Below are positions 21,250-32,175 of a stretch of 64,000 nucleotides of DNA, one piece after another. A model generated the notes under the pieces. It had not been told where the DNA came from. It ran no database searches and was given only the letters and a program-made list of their open reading frames with translations. Origin of the DNA: an uncultured Acidobacteriota bacterium (lineage in GTDB: Bacteria; Acidobacteriota; UBA4820; DSQY01). Position numbers and translations under genes: made by a program. The stretch covers positions 19,524 through 83,523 of the forward strand of contig CAVRTJ010000009.1 of the NCBI GenBank assembly GCA_963724125.1, read 5' to 3'. Each line of letters begins with the position of its first letter. Position 1 is the stretch's first letter.

Positions 21250-22695
21250 ATGCCGAAGGAATGGCGAGGCAAACCCGTTTACCAGGTCAACGAGATCGTC
21301 AGGCTGCTGGCCTCAGAGCTCGAGCAGGCCTTCGGTGACATCTGGGTGGAGGGCGAGGTCTCGGGTTTCAAACGGGCGGCGTCAGGACACTGCTACTTCT
21401 CGCTGAAGGACGACTCTGCGGCGCTGAAGTCGGTCATGTTCCGCACCTACGCCGCACGCCTTCCCTTCGAACCCGAGAACGGCATGACCGTACTGGCCCG
21501 CGGCAAACTTTCGCTTTACGAAGCCTCGGGCGACCTCCAGCTCTACGTCACGATCATGGAACCCTCGGGCGTCGGCGCCATGCAGATGGCTTTCGAACAG
21601 GCCAAGCGGCGCCTCATGGAGGAGGGACTGACGGATCCTGCCCGCAAGCGCCCGATACCGCCTTTTCCGAGGCGCGTGGGCGTCGTCACCTCCGTCACGG
21701 GTGCCGCATTGCGGGACGTGCTCTCCGTCCTGCGCAGAAGGAATGCCGGATTCGATGTGGTCATCTCCCCCGCGCTCGTGCAGGGCGCCTCCGCTCCGGC
21801 GAGTCTCAAGGCGGCGCTGGCGAAACTGGCGAGGGTGTCGGGCATCGAGGTGATCCTCATGACGCGGGGCGGAGGTTCCATGGAAGATCTCTGGGCGTTC
21901 AACGACGAGGGCCTGGCCCGGCTCGTGGCGGCGTCCCCTGTCCCAGTCATATCGGCCGTCGGCCACGAGGTGGACACGGTGCTGACGGACTTCACCTGCG
22001 ACCTGCGAGCACCCACGCCTTCGGTGGCCGCCGAACTCCTGACGGCCAGGGTCGACGCTGCGCTGGAGAGCGGTCAGCGACGCCGGGCGCCGGATCGTGC
22101 GGTTGATGATCGGGCGGCTCGCGCTTCTGGAAGAGAGGCTCGGCGCGTGCCATCCGGAGCGGCTCGGCCTCTTCGTGCTGAAGAGATTCGAGCGCGCACA
22201 GGAAGCCTGCGACCGCTTTTCGGAGACCGCGGGCAGAGTCCTGGCCGCGCGGATTACCGCGGACGTGCACCGGGTAGCCCTCTGCCGGAGGGCGCTCTCG
22301 CCCGAGGGGCTCCAGCGCTGGATGTCGGCGCTGGACAAGCGTCTGGATCCGCGCGCCAAGGTCTCGAGGGTGCCATGAGGTCCGGCCTGGACCGGAGCCG
22401 GTCTTCGTTCGAAGGGCTGGTGCGGCTTCTCCATTCGCTCAGTCCGCTGGCCGTCATCGGAAGGGGCTACGCGGCGGCCTTCGACCAACGGGGACGTCTC
22501 GTTCAGAACGCCCGCGACCTTGGGGTGGGCGACGAATTTTCGCTGGCATTGAAAGAGGGGGGCGTCGAATGCAGCGTGCTTTCCAGAACCCCCAGGCACG
22601 TCCCGGCGGCCCTCGGGGAAGACGCCGGAGACCGCGTTGACGAACGTGGAGAGAAGACCTTAGAATCGGGCTTTGAGGAGGCAGACCGTGGATAA
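21250..22695 (+). CDS. xseA: Exodeoxyribonuclease VII large subunit (compensating frameshifts ~22075 to ~22360)
   Basis: WVEGEVS, SGHCYFSLKD, TGAALRDV, RGGGSMEDLWAFN, SAVGHEVD, APTPS, LSPLAVIGRGYA. Confidence 0.95.
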   Translation: MPKEWRGKPVYQVNEIVRLLASELEQAFGDIWVEGEVSGFKRAASGHCYFSLKDDSAALKSVMFRTYAARLPFEPENGMTVLARGKLSLYEASGDLQLYVTIMEPSGVGAMQMAFEQAKRRLMEEGLTDPARKRPIPPFPRRVGVVTSVTGAALRDVLSVLRRRNAGFDVVISPALVQGASAPASLKAALAKLARVSGIEVILMTRGGGSMEDLWAFNDEGLARLVAASPVPVISAVGHEVDTVLTDFTCDLRAPTPSVAAELLTARVDAALESGQRRRAPDRAVDDRAARASGREARRVPSGAARPLRAEEIRARTGSLRPLFGDRGQSPGRADYRGRAPGSPLPEGALARGAPALDVGAGQASGSARQGLEGAMRSGLDRSRSSFEGLVRLLHSLSPLAVIGRGYAAAFDQRGRLVQNARDLGVGDEFSLALKEGGVECSVLSRTPRHVPAALGEDAGDRVDERGEKTLESGFEEADRG

Positions 22696-22981
22696 GAAAA
22701 AACAGAACTTCGAACTCAAGATACAGGTCGACGACAAGACGGCCGAAGGGATTTACGTGAACTTCCTTTCCGTCTTCCACAACCAGGCTGAATTCGTCAT
22801 GGACTTCGGCAGGATGGTGCCGGGCAAACCCGAGGTCAAGGTCATGGCCCGCCTGCTCACCAACCCCACGGCGTTGAAACAGATCGTCCGAACCCTGTCG
22901 GAGAACCTCGACCGGTACGAGAAGAGCTTCGGCCCCGTGCCCGTGGCCGACATGCCCACGCCGGCGGGACCCCTGCAGTGA
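22688..22981 (+). CDS. DUF3467 family protein
   Basis: AEGIYVN...HNQAEFVMDF...YEKSFG; GTG start after GAGGAGG. Confidence 0.8.
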   Translation: MDKKKQNFELKIQVDDKTAEGIYVNFLSVFHNQAEFVMDFGRMVPGKPEVKVMARLLTNPTALKQIVRTLSENLDRYEKSFGPVPVADMPTPAGPLQ

Positions 22982-23244
22982 AACTGGGATGGTTCGGCGC
23001 CTTTCTGGTTCTCATGCTCGGTGCCGTCATAGGGACCATTCTCGGTCAGGTCGTTGGCCTGTTGCTGCCGTCGGGCGTCTTTCACGACATCTTCTTCAAG
23101 GGCGTTTCCATAGGCTTCAAGCAGCCGGTGCACCTTGACCTGTCCTTTCTTCAGATCGTCTTCGGCCTTACCCTGAGCGTCAATCCGCTCACCCTGGTGG
23201 GACTCTTGCTGGGCATCTTCCTCGTGGTCAGGTTTCTAAAGTGA
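22978..23244 (+). CDS. DUF4321-like small membrane protein
   Basis: GAVIGTILG...LDLSFLQIVFGLTLSVN; 4-nt overlaps with both neighbours. Confidence 0.7.
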   Translation: MKLGWFGAFLVLMLGAVIGTILGQVVGLLLPSGVFHDIFFKGVSIGFKQPVHLDLSFLQIVFGLTLSVNPLTLVGLLLGIFLVVRFLK

Positions 23245-23867
23245 TTCCGGTCATTCTCGCATCGAGGAGCCCGCGACGCAGAAGGTTGCTCAACCTCGTG
23301 AACGTGCCGCACGTGGTGGTGCCTTCCGGCGTGGCGGAGGAAAGGCTTCCGGGCGAAGATCCGGCCAGCCAGGTGGTGAGGCTGGCGACCGCGAAAGCCG
23401 AATTCGTGGCCCGCGAGTACAACCACGATTCCCTGGTCATCGGCGCAGACACCCTAGTGGTTTACGAGGGCGAACCCATCGGCCAGCCCCTCGACGCGAA
23501 GGATGCCGCCGCCATGCTCAGGAAGCTGTCCGGCGCCACTCACACCGTTCTGACCGGCGTGTGCCTTTTGAGGGGCCCATCCATGCGGGCCGTCGGCCTG
23601 AGCGAGAGCCGGGTCACCTTCCACGACCTGAGCGAGGGAGAGATAGACTGGTACCTGACCACGGGCGAACCCATGGACAAGGCAGGGGCCTACGCCGCGC
23701 AGGGACTCGGCGCGATCTTTCTAAAGGCCATCGAGGGATCGTTTCACAACGTGGTGGGCTTTCCCCTGGATCTCTTCTACCGCCTTCTGCCGCAGGTCGG
23801 GTGCTCGCTCGAGGAATTGAGGTCCGGCCGGCGAAAACGCGCCGCTCCCCAGGCAGGCGCCGGCTGA
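23241..23867 (+). CDS. maf: Maf family nucleoside triphosphate pyrophosphatase
   Basis: ILASRSPRR, IGADT, DKAGAY, NVVGFP. Confidence 0.92.
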   Translation: MIPVILASRSPRRRRLLNLVNVPHVVVPSGVAEERLPGEDPASQVVRLATAKAEFVAREYNHDSLVIGADTLVVYEGEPIGQPLDAKDAAAMLRKLSGATHTVLTGVCLLRGPSMRAVGLSESRVTFHDLSEGEIDWYLTTGEPMDKAGAYAAQGLGAIFLKAIEGSFHNVVGFPLDLFYRLLPQVGCSLEELRSGRRKRAAPQAGAG

Positions 23868-23895
23868 TCGTCTCTCCCGGCATGAACCGGATCCA

Positions 23896-24258
23896 TCAGG
23901 CGGCGCCAACGACCTTCCGCACGAGATCGATGAGCTGATCGAAAGAAAACGGCTTGCCGAAAACATGCACTACGCCTATCTTCTGGAGGTCCTGGAGGTC
24001 GGGGAGGCCGATCGCCGCGGACACGACGATGGACGGCACCTTCAGCCCCTTGGCAGCGATGCATTCGAGCATCTTGAGGCCGTCCATCCTAGGCATCATG
24101 GTGTCCGTAACGATGCAGGCGGGCTCCTCCCTGAGAACCGAGTCGAGACCCTCAAGCCCGTCGCAGGCCTCGCGCACCTCGAATCCTTCGTGCTCCAGCA
24201 GAGTCCGGAGGACCCGCCTGATATGTGCGTCGTCTTCGACGATCAGGACGAGGCTCAT
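23896..24258 (-). CDS. Single-domain response regulator
   Basis: MSLVLIVEDD, TDTMMPRMDG, KPF; start overlaps the upstream stop (ATGA). Confidence 0.88.
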   Translation of the reverse strand: MSLVLIVEDDAHIRRVLRTLLEHEGFEVREACDGLEGLDSVLREEPACIVTDTMMPRMDGLKMLECIAAKGLKVPSIVVSAAIGLPDLQDLQKIGVVHVFGKPFSFDQLIDLVRKVVGAA

Positions 24259-24905
24259 CGGACCGTCGGGATGGTGGCTTCCAGGCTCCAGGTGTCGGCT
24301 TTCCAGGTCAGTTCGAGCGTTCCACCGAAGCCTTCGAGCACGCATTGGAGATAGGGCAATCCCGCGTCGACCCAGGCGGCCACGGGCACGCCGGACGGCC
24401 AGAAGACCTTCCTGAACAGCCGCACGGGGTCGAGGAAGTCCTCGTCCCCCTCGAGTTCGTATCGGGCGCAACAGAAGGCGTCCGCCGAATCGAAAGTCCA
24501 ACGGGGCGCGCTTCCGGCGGCGGATCGCAGGGTCAGCGCCGCGCCCAGCAAACCGACATCCAGCACGTCCTTGGGAATCGCGATGCGGCCGTGGAGCGCC
24601 GACTCCTCCGGCGCGCTCACGGGAAGCGCCTCGTCCCCCACGCGTATGGCAAGCCTGTGTATGAGGTCTCCGGCCTCCCACGGCGTCACGGGTTGGAGCG
24701 CACCGTCCAGCTCGCGGGTTCGCCAGTACCATCCCAACATCCTTTCGATGTTTCGTATGTTCGCCTCCAGGATGCGAAGCGATTCCTCCACTTCGGGCTC
24801 CCGCTCTTTGAGGTAGAGCTTGAGCAGATAGTGCGCGCCGTGGAGGTTGGTGAGAGGCGTGGCGATGTCGTGTTCGAAAAAGAGCTTCTCATTGTCCGGG
24901 TTCAT
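24255..24905 (-). CDS. HisKA protein with degenerate ATPase domain (ChpT-like phosphotransferase or pseudokinase)
   Basis: H-box FEHDIATPLTNL; no N, G1 or G2 boxes, only remnants such as DAGLPYL..LEGFGGTL. Confidence 0.6.
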   Translation of the reverse strand: MNPDNEKLFFEHDIATPLTNLHGAHYLLKLYLKEREPEVEESLRILEANIRNIERMLGWYWRTRELDGALQPVTPWEAGDLIHRLAIRVGDEALPVSAPEESALHGRIAIPKDVLDVGLLGAALTLRSAAGSAPRWTFDSADAFCCARYELEGDEDFLDPVRLFRKVFWPSGVPVAAWVDAGLPYLQCVLEGFGGTLELTWKADTWSLEATIPTVR

Positions 24906-26288
24906 GATCGCCCCCTGAATGCGGCCGGCTCGATGTTCAATCGCTTGAGGTGCTCATACACGTTCTTCCTGGATATGCCGGCATCCTCTGCGACCTGCTT
25001 AATGTTGCCGCGGTTGCGCTCGAGGGCATCGATGAAGTAGGCGCGCATAAAGGTCTCGAGCGCCGACTGAAAGCCCGCGGGATTCCGCGCCGGATCCGTC
25101 CGTCCCGAAGATGTCCACCCCCATGTGAACGATATCCTCCGGCTGGATGAGATCGCCTCTGCACAGGACAAGGGCCCGCCGGACGGTGTTCTCGAGTTCG
25201 CGGACGTTGCCCGGCCAGTCGTAGTGGGTGAGCTTTGTCTGCGCTTCGGCGGAAATGCCCTTGACCTTCTCGTTGATGCTCTCCCTGTACGTATGTATGA
25301 AATGGTCCACCAGCAGGGGAATGTCCTCTCGGCGGTCCCTGAGAGGCGGAAGAGGAACCGAGACCACGTTGAGACGATAGTAGAGGTCTTCCCTGAAACG
25401 GCCCGCCGCTATCTCGGCCGAGAGATTCTTGTTAGTCGCCACAAGGACGCGGACGTCCGTGGCGGTGCTCTGGGTACTGCCCAGCCTCCGTATCTCGCCG
25501 TCCTGCAGGGCCCGAAGCAGTTTCATTTGAATGGACTGGGGCGAGTCACCGATCTCATCGAGGAAGAGCGTGCCCCCGTCGGCTTCCTCGAAGAGGCCCT
25601 TCTTGGCTGCCGCGGCCCCGGTGAAAGCACCCTTCATGTAGCCGAACAACTCGCTCTCCAGCAGGGTCTCTGGGACGGCGCCGCAGTTGATCGGGACGAA
25701 GGACTTGGCGGACCGTTTGCTGAGGGCGTGGATGGCCCTGGCCACCAGTTCCTTACCCGTTCCGCTCTCGCCGGTGAGAACGACCGGCACGTCCCGCTCG
25801 GCCACGAGGCTGATCATCTGGAAGACCTGCCGCATCCTGGCGCTCACGCCGATCAGGTTCGGAGGGTGGCGGCTCCGGGACAACTCCAGCTTGAGGTCCC
25901 CGAGCTCCCGCCGCATATTGAACTGTTCGAGGGCCTTGTCCACCTTCAGGAGAAGTTCCTCTGGAATGACCGGCTTCGTGATGTAGTCGAAGGCGCCCGC
26001 GCGCATGGCCTGGACGGCCGTCTCTATGGACGCGTACGCCGTAATGAGGATGACCACCGTGTCGGCGTAGTCGCGCTTGATTTCGCGCGTGAGCTGAACG
26101 CCGTCCATGCCAGGCATGACGAGGTCCGTAAGCACCAGGTGAACGTCGCTTTCATGAATGTGGCGCAAGGCTTCCTTCGCGTTCCGCGCCAGGAGGGTAT
26201 GGTAGCCGGCGGCTTTCAGTGTCTGCCCCAGAATGTGCAGGGTGTCCTGGTCGTCGTCGACGACGACCATGGTCGGCATGTTATCCAT
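24902..26288 (-). CDS. Sigma54-dependent response regulator (REC-AAA+-Fis HTH; indels near the 3' end)
   Basis: VVDDD, TDLVMPGMDG, GESGTGKE, GAFTGA, FREDLYYRL, WPGNVREL, ALERNRGNIKQVAEDAGISRK. Confidence 0.92.
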
Positions 26289-26419
26289 CGACAACCCCTT
26301 CGGCAATCATGCTGTATTGTAACGTCAGTAGCTCGTAAGCCGCAATATGAGATTCCGGGAGTGGGAGCAGGAGCGCCTCTGAGGCCCCCGGGCATCGCTG
26401 CGGCGACCACGCAGAGGAC

Positions 26420-26911
26420 TCAGGAGCGCGATGTTTCAGGCTGCTCCTCCATGAGAACGACGGCGTGGCAGGAGATGGCCTTCCCAGCCCCTATATCTCC
26501 CAGGCCTTCGGCTGTCTTGGCCTTGATGCTCACCCTGTCGGCGGAGAGGCCGACTATCTCGGCCACGCTGCTGCGAAGAGTCTCGCGGTGCGGCCCGAGC
26601 TTCGGCTCTTGCACAACGACGGTCACGTCTATGTTGACCGGAGAATACCCGAGTCCCCTGGCCTCTTCCACCACCGAGCGGCACAGATCCGCGCTGTCGG
26701 CGTCCTTCCACTGCGGGTCCGTATCGGGAAAGTGCTGACCAATGTCTCCCAGGGCGCAGGCACCGAGCATGGCGTCCGCGAGTGCGTGCAGGAGCACGTC
26801 TCCGTCCGAATGACCCGCGGGGCCTTTGCCGTATGGGAGTATCACGCCGCCCAGCTTGAAAGGACGGCCTTCTACCAGGCGGTGCAGGTCCCAGCCGTGG
26901 CCTACGCGCAT
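26420..26911 (-). CDS. ispF: 2-C-methyl-D-erythritol 2,4-cyclodiphosphate synthase
   Basis: MRVGHGWDLH, HSDGDVLLHALADA, DIGQHFP, KAKTAE. Confidence 0.96.
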   Translation of the reverse strand: MRVGHGWDLHRLVEGRPFKLGGVILPYGKGPAGHSDGDVLLHALADAMLGACALGDIGQHFPDTDPQWKDADSADLCRSVVEEARGLGYSPVNIDVTVVVQEPKLGPHRETLRSSVAEIVGLSADRVSIKAKTAEGLGDIGAGKAISCHAVVLMEEQPETSRS

Positions 26912-27609
26912 CCTTCTCCTCCCAGGATCGCCTCGAAGAGGGCGAAATCTTCAGGATAGGTGACCTTCAGGTTCTTCGACGTACCGGACACCCAGGCCAC
27001 GCTTCCCCCGTAGTTGAGCGCGAACGACGCATCGTCCGTCCCCTCAAAACCGTCCGCCACCCCCCGTTCGTAGGCATCGCGGATGGCTTCGTAGTGAAAT
27101 GCCTGTGGCGTGAGAGCCCGGACAAGCGCCTGGCGGTCCACGTTGTCCTGCAGGTACCCGTCGCCGCCGACCCTCCACAGCGTGTCCACGGCCCTGGCGG
27201 CCAGGATCGCGCCCGTACACCCCTCGGTCGCCGCCACTAGGTTTCTCACCTCCGACCTGGAGACGAGGGGCCGCGCGGCGTCGTGTATGAGAACGATGTC
27301 CGGAGAGTCTGTTTCAAGGGCGCGGAGAACGGCGAGCGCCGAGGCCGAACGCGTGATACCCCCGAAGACCCGCCCCCTGTATGCCCTCAGCTCGATCGCA
27401 GACACGATCCTGTCCCAGGTCCCTTCGTAGTCTTCGGGGATGGCGACCCGTATGGAGGATATCTCGGGTATGCTGTCGAATGCTCTCAGGCTGTAGAGGA
27501 TCAGGGGTTTCCCGAGGACGGGACGAAAAGGTTTCGGGAGACCGCCTCCCGTTCGGATGCCCATTCCGCCGGCGAGCAGGGCTACCGCGACGCGCCTTCC
27601 GGAACCCAC
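26902..27609 (-). CDS. ispD: 2-C-methyl-D-erythritol 4-phosphate cytidylyltransferase
   Basis: LAGGMGIR, LIHDAARP, TPQAF, TDDA, NLKVTYPED; adjacent to ispF. Confidence 0.92.
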   Translation of the reverse strand: MGSGRRVAVALLAGGMGIRTGGGLPKPFRPVLGKPLILYSLRAFDSIPEISSIRVAIPEDYEGTWDRIVSAIELRAYRGRVFGGITRSASALAVLRALETDSPDIVLIHDAARPLVSRSEVRNLVAATEGCTGAILAARAVDTLWRVGGDGYLQDNVDRQALVRALTPQAFHYEAIRDAYERGVADGFEGTDDASFALNYGGSVAWVSGTSKNLKVTYPEDFALFEAILGGEGCA

Positions 27610-27610
27610 G

Positions 27611-28168
27611 TCATACCTCCATGATGTCCGCTTCCTTACGGGACACGGACTGGGAAATCTCCTCTATGGCGTTGTCGTGAAGCTGTTGTATCTGGTCGTA
27701 GCCCCGGTCCCTCTCGTCCTCGGAGATTTCTTTGTCCTTCTCCCTCTTCTCGAGCGCGGACCGCCCCTCGTGGCGGTTGTGCCTGACGGCGACCTTGCCC
27801 TTCTCGCCGAGTTCCCGAGCCCTCTTGCACAGGTCCTTGCGCGTTTCCTCCGTCAGCTGGGGGACGGGCAGGCGGATGACCCGGCCGTCGTTGGAGGGCG
27901 TCATGCCGATGTTCGCTTCAAGAATCGCTCGCTCGATCGCCCCTATCTGTTTTGGATCGAAGGGTTGGACGAGAATAAGACGCGGCTCCGGCACGGAAAG
28001 GGTGGCAGCCTGGTTGAGAGGGACCTTGGAACCGTAGTAGTCGACCTTGACGGGCTCCAGAACGGAAAGGTTGGCCTTCCCTGCGCGAAGAGTCGACAGC
28101 TCATGGCGCGTCGCGCTGAGCGTCGCCTTCATCTTCTCTTCCACTTCTTTAATAATGGTCTTTACCAT
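27611..28168 (-). CDS. frr: Ribosome recycling factor
   Basis: LRAGKAN, VDYYG, LTEETRK, KEADIMEV. Confidence 0.96.
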   Translation of the reverse strand: MVKTIIKEVEEKMKATLSATRHELSTLRAGKANLSVLEPVKVDYYGSKVPLNQAATLSVPEPRLILVQPFDPKQIGAIERAILEANIGMTPSNDGRVIRLPVPQLTEETRKDLCKRARELGEKGKVAVRHNRHEGRSALEKREKDKEISEDERDRGYDQIQQLHDNAIEEISQSVSRKEADIMEV

Positions 28169-28322
28169 ACTCGGCCTCCTGAATCTGCAGTACCATTAAG
28201 AGAACATTATGTATGTTTCCGGGAAGCGCATCAATACGCGATGACGCGACAGTCCGGACGGCGGCAGGACAGATTCGAAGCAGCGCTGAATGGTGCGGCG
28301 GATCCGGCAGAGGCGGGTCGCC

Positions 28323-29036
28323 CTACTGAACGACCGTGCCGATGGGCTTTCCCTCGACGATACCCCTGACGTTTCCGGGCGTGAAGAGGTTGAAGACGCG
28401 GATGGGGATACTGTTTTCCATGCACAGACTGATGGCCGTCGCGTCCATCACCTTGAGGCCTTTCTCGAGGGCTTCGAGATAGGAAACCGTCTGGTAGAGA
28501 ACCGCCTTCGGGTCTTTCTTCGGATCGGCGGAATAGATCCCGTCCACCTTGGTGGCCTTGAGCAACAGGTCGGCCTTGATCTCGATGGCACGGAGGGCGG
28601 CCGCCGAGTCGGTGGTGAAGTAGGGATTTCCCGTGCCGGCTGCGAAGATGACGACGCGTCCCTTTTCCAGGTGCCTTATGGCGCGTCGCCGAATGTAGGG
28701 CTCGGCCAGGGCGTGCATGCCGATGGCCGTCATCAGCCGGGTGCTGACGTCCTTCTTCTCGAGAGCGTCCTGAAGCGCCAGGCCGTTGATGACCGTGGCG
28801 AGCATGCCCATGTAATCGGCGGTGACCCGCTCCAGCCCCTGTTCGTCGGCCTGTATTCCGCGAAAGATGTTCCCGCCGCCGACGACGAGCGCCACCGACA
28901 CGCCCATGCCGTGAATTTCCTTGACTTCCTCAGCGACGGTGGATACGGCCCCGCGGTCTATGCCGTATCCCGTTTCACCCATGAGGGCTTCGCCTGACAG
29001 CTTGAGGAGAATTCTCTCGTACACGGGCTGGGGCAT
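28323..29036 (-). CDS. pyrH: Uridylate kinase
   Basis: [34 protein letters not shown]. Confidence 0.98.
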   Translation of the reverse strand: MPQPVYERILLKLSGEALMGETGYGIDRGAVSTVAEEVKEIHGMGVSVALVVGGGNIFRGIQADEQGLERVTADYMGMLATVINGLALQDALEKKDVSTRLMTAIGMHALAEPYIRRRAIRHLEKGRVVIFAAGTGNPYFTTDSAAALRAIEIKADLLLKATKVDGIYSADPKKDPKAVLYQTVSYLEALEKGLKVMDATAISLCMENSIPIRVFNLFTPGNVRGIVEGKPIGTVVQ

Positions 29037-29069
29037 GGGGACTCCTTTCAGTCGGTACCGTCACACCTG

Positions 29070-29100
29070 AAAAAGTAAGGGCGGCTCACCGGCCGCCCTT
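29070..29100 (-). terminator. Terminator after tsf
   Basis: AAGGGCGGC / GCCGCCCTT stem; T run on the minus strand. Confidence 0.7.
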
Positions 29101-29117
29101 GCTTGATTCATCTGGCT

Positions 29118-30009
29118 TCACTCCGCCCCGCAGGAGGAGGACGGCAATCCCTCCCCGAGAACGAACCGGGCGAACTTGACGACTTTCAGGCGTTTTCCTG
29201 CTGCCTCGTCGATGTAGGCCTGGACCTTCTTGGAAGGATCCTTGACGAAGGTCTGTTCGAGAAGGCAATTCTCCTCGTAATACTTGTTCATCTTGCCTTC
29301 GACGATCTTGTCAACGATGTTGGCGGGCTTCCCCTGCGCGAGCACCTGGTCCCTGTAGATCTCGCGCTCGCTCTGGAGGATCTCCTGCGTCACATCGTCA
29401 CGGGAGACGAAGCGCGGCGCCGAAGCGGCCACCTGCATGCAGAGATCCTTTACGACCTCCGAGACCTCGGGCGCGGAAGCATCGGCGGGAGACTCGCAGC
29501 CCAGCTGCATGAGAACGCCGATCTTTCCGCCCGCGTGAATGTACGAGGCAACAAGGTCGCCCTCAAAGCGCACGAGGCGCCTGAACTGGATGTTCTCGCC
29601 GAGCTTGGCAACCTTTTCCACGATGGCGTCCTTCACGGACACCGAAGGCCGGCCCGAGAAGGGCTGGGACAGGAAGGCCGCCTCGTCGGCCGGCGCGCTT
29701 TCACAAGCCTGCTTTGCCATGTCGTCGACGAGCTTGATAAAGTCGTCGGTCCGCGCGACAAAGTCCGTCTCGCAGTTGACCTCGACCAGCGCGCCTGCCT
29801 TTCCCTTCGGTGGCTATGCAGGACTGAACCAGGCCTTCGGACGCCGCCCTCACGCTCTTTTTCTGGGCCGTGGCCATCCCCTTCTTGCGGAGGACCTTGA
29901 CGGCCTCGTCCATGTCGCCGTTCGCTTCCTGCAGGGCGCGCTTGCAGTCCATCATGCCCACGCCCGTCTTCTCTCGCAGTTCCTGTATCACTTTTGCGGT
30001 AATTGCCAT
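29118..30009 (-). CDS. tsf: Translation elongation factor Ts (frameshift at ~29800)
   Basis: [43 protein letters not shown]. Confidence 0.96.
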
Positions 30010-30013
30010 CTTC

Positions 30014-30913
30014 CTATTCCTCCGACTTGCTTCCGGTACCCTTGCGGGCGGTCTTGCGGGCGGGAGCACGGCGGGGAGCTTTCTTGGCGCCAGCGTCCTT
30101 CTTCTCCGCGGCCTTGGTCTTCTTGGCCTCGGGAAGCTCTTCCTCATCGACGGCTTCGCCGGTTGTATCCTGCTTTATCTTCTTGGCCATCGCCTCTTCC
30201 TCGGCGCGCTCTTCTTCGTGCGCCTGCTGAAGGTCTCTGCCCTCCTGGACCGCCTCTGCGATCCTGCCGGAGAACAGCTGGATGGCCCTTACGGCATCGT
30301 CGTTGCCGGGGATGGGGAAGTCGGCGTCATCGGGGTCGCAATTCGTGTCCACGACCGCCACGATGGGAATGCCGAGCTTCTTGGCTTCCCGGATGCAGTT
30401 CTTTTCCCGCTTCACATCGATGACAAAGAGGGCCGCAGGCAGGCGTCCCATGTCGAGGATGCCGGACAGCATCTTGTAGAGTTTGTCCTTCTCCTTCATG
30501 AGGAGGAGACGCTCTTTCTTGGTGAGGTTGGTCTCGGCGTTCTCGTCCGCCTCGATGCGCATGAGTTCCTTGAGACGCTGGATGCGGCTCTGAATCGTAC
30601 GGAAATTGGTCAGCGTACCACCCAGCCAGCGCTCCGTAACGAAAGGCATGGCGACCTTTTCCGCGGCCTCGCGGATGCCGTCCTGTGCCTGGCGCTTGGT
30701 GCCGACGAACAGAACCTTGCCGCCCCTGGAGGCCACGTCCGTGATGAAGTCGGACGCTTTTTTGAATTCCCGGAGTGTGTGCTGGAGGTCGACGATGTGA
30801 ATGCCGTTGCGCTGACCGAAGATGTAGCGCTTCATCTTCGGGTTCCACTTGCGGGTGAGGTGGCCGAAATGGACACCCGCCTCCAGCAGTTCTTTCATGG
30901 TAATGGTCGCCAA
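30014..30913 (-). CDS. rpsB: 30S ribosomal protein S2 (TTG start; Lys/Ala-rich tail)
   Basis: [36 protein letters not shown]. Confidence 0.98.
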   Translation of the reverse strand: MATITMKELLEAGVHFGHLTRKWNPKMKRYIFGQRNGIHIVDLQHTLREFKKASDFITDVASRGGKVLFVGTKRQAQDGIREAAEKVAMPFVTERWLGGTLTNFRTIQSRIQRLKELMRIEADENAETNLTKKERLLLMKEKDKLYKMLSGILDMGRLPAALFVIDVKREKNCIREAKKLGIPIVAVVDTNCDPDDADFPIPGNDDAVRAIQLFSGRIAEAVQEGRDLQQAHEEERAEEEAMAKKIKQDTTGEAVDEEELPEAKKTKAAEKKDAGAKKAPRRAPARKTARKGTGSKSEE

Positions 30914-31085
30914 GGTAGCCTCCTTCTGGCGTGCCGCGAACGGGGCGGATAGCCTCAGGGCCAGACCTCCATACTCTGGGGGCCTTGCCCGCCCCTTCCT
31001 GTCCGCGGGAAACAGGGTCTAGGAACGAAAGCGGAGAGGGAGGTCGGAGAGCGCCGGGCCATCCGGCCTCCATCCCGCCGAACGA

Positions 31086-31478
31086 TTAACGCTTGCTGAA
31101 TTGGAACCGTTTGCGTGCCTTGGGGTGGCCGTATTTCTTCCTCTCCACCTCGCGGGCGTCGCGCGTGAGCATCCCCGAACCCTTCAGCTTTCCCCTGAGC
31201 TCCGTATTGTACTGGAGAAGAGCCCTGGAGATGCCGTGACGGATGGCGCCCGCCTGGCCGGATGATCCGCCGCCTCTGACGTTCACGTAGATGTCGAACT
31301 TGTCCACCGTGTTGGTCAGAGCCAGCGGGCTCTGGATGTGCATGCGGTGCATGGGGTTCGGGAAGTAGTTGTCGAACTCCCGCTTGTTAATGGAGATGGA
31401 TCCCTTTCCGGGACGGAGGTAAACCCTAGCCACAGAGGTCTTTCGCCGTCCGGTTCCCTGGTACTGGATAACGCTCAT
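31086..31478 (-). CDS. rpsI: 30S ribosomal protein S9
   Basis: [29 protein letters not shown]. Confidence 0.98.
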   Translation of the reverse strand: MSVIQYQGTGRRKTSVARVYLRPGKGSISINKREFDNYFPNPMHRMHIQSPLALTNTVDKFDIYVNVRGGGSSGQAGAIRHGISRALLQYNTELRGKLKGSGMLTRDAREVERKKYGHPKARKRFQFSKR

Positions 31479-31500
31479 GTATCAGACTCCTGGATTCTAT

Positions 31501-31938
31501 TTAGCGCAAAGTCACGGGGAACGGCTCGGGTTTCTGGGCCTGGTGAGGATGCTTTTCCCCGGCGTACACCTTCACCTTGCGAATCAGCTTATCTCCGATG
31601 CGGTTCTTCGGCAGCATGCCCCGAACCGCTTTCTCGATCATCCGGGTAGGCTGCTTCGCACGCATCTCGTTCGCCGTGCGCTCCCGCAATCCGCCCGGGT
31701 ACATGCTGTGGTGGTAATAAATCTTATCCGACCACTTCTTGCCCGTCAGATGGACCTTTTCGGCGTTCACAACGACGACGAAATCGCCCGTCTGGACGTG
31801 AGGCGTATAAGTGGGCTTGTGCTTGCCCATGAGGACGCGGGCCACCTCCGTCGCGAGGCGGCCAAGGGTCTTTCCCTCGGCGTCCACCAGATACCAGTTG
31901 CGGGGAATCTCCCCGTTCTTCGGAAAATAAGTACTCAT
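31501..31938 (-). CDS. rplM: 50S ribosomal protein L13
   Basis: [36 protein letters not shown]. Confidence 0.98.
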   Translation of the reverse strand: MSTYFPKNGEIPRNWYLVDAEGKTLGRLATEVARVLMGKHKPTYTPHVQTGDFVVVVNAEKVHLTGKKWSDKIYYHHSMYPGGLRERTANEMRAKQPTRMIEKAVRGMLPKNRIGDKLIRKVKVYAGEKHPHQAQKPEPFPVTLR

Positions 31939-32175
31939 CACACTTCTCCTCGCTTCAGGCCCGCGTACGGCACAGTTCTCCCGCGCGCAAAGGGCCGTCA
32001 GTGTAAGCTACAACTTCTCCAATGTCAAGGCTTTCGAGGACTGCATCGCCCTGCTTTCCGAAGCCCCGGCAGGACCCGCACCCGATAGCCCCGGACCTGT
32101 TACCCGTCGCGCCCGATTTCCCGCCATCCTTTTCACGATGGTATGATAATGCGTCTTCATTACGCGGGAGGTTTC

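Noticed and set aside
29700-29900. Programmed ribosomal frameshifting or pseudogene status for tsf and other split genes
   Set aside because: Indels are widespread, hit essential genes and show no shared slippery-site or stimulator context; sequencing error is the simpler explanation.
30914-31085. Novel ncRNA between rpsI and rpsB
   Set aside because: Most plausibly the ordinary structured rpsB leader; I could not define its boundaries.
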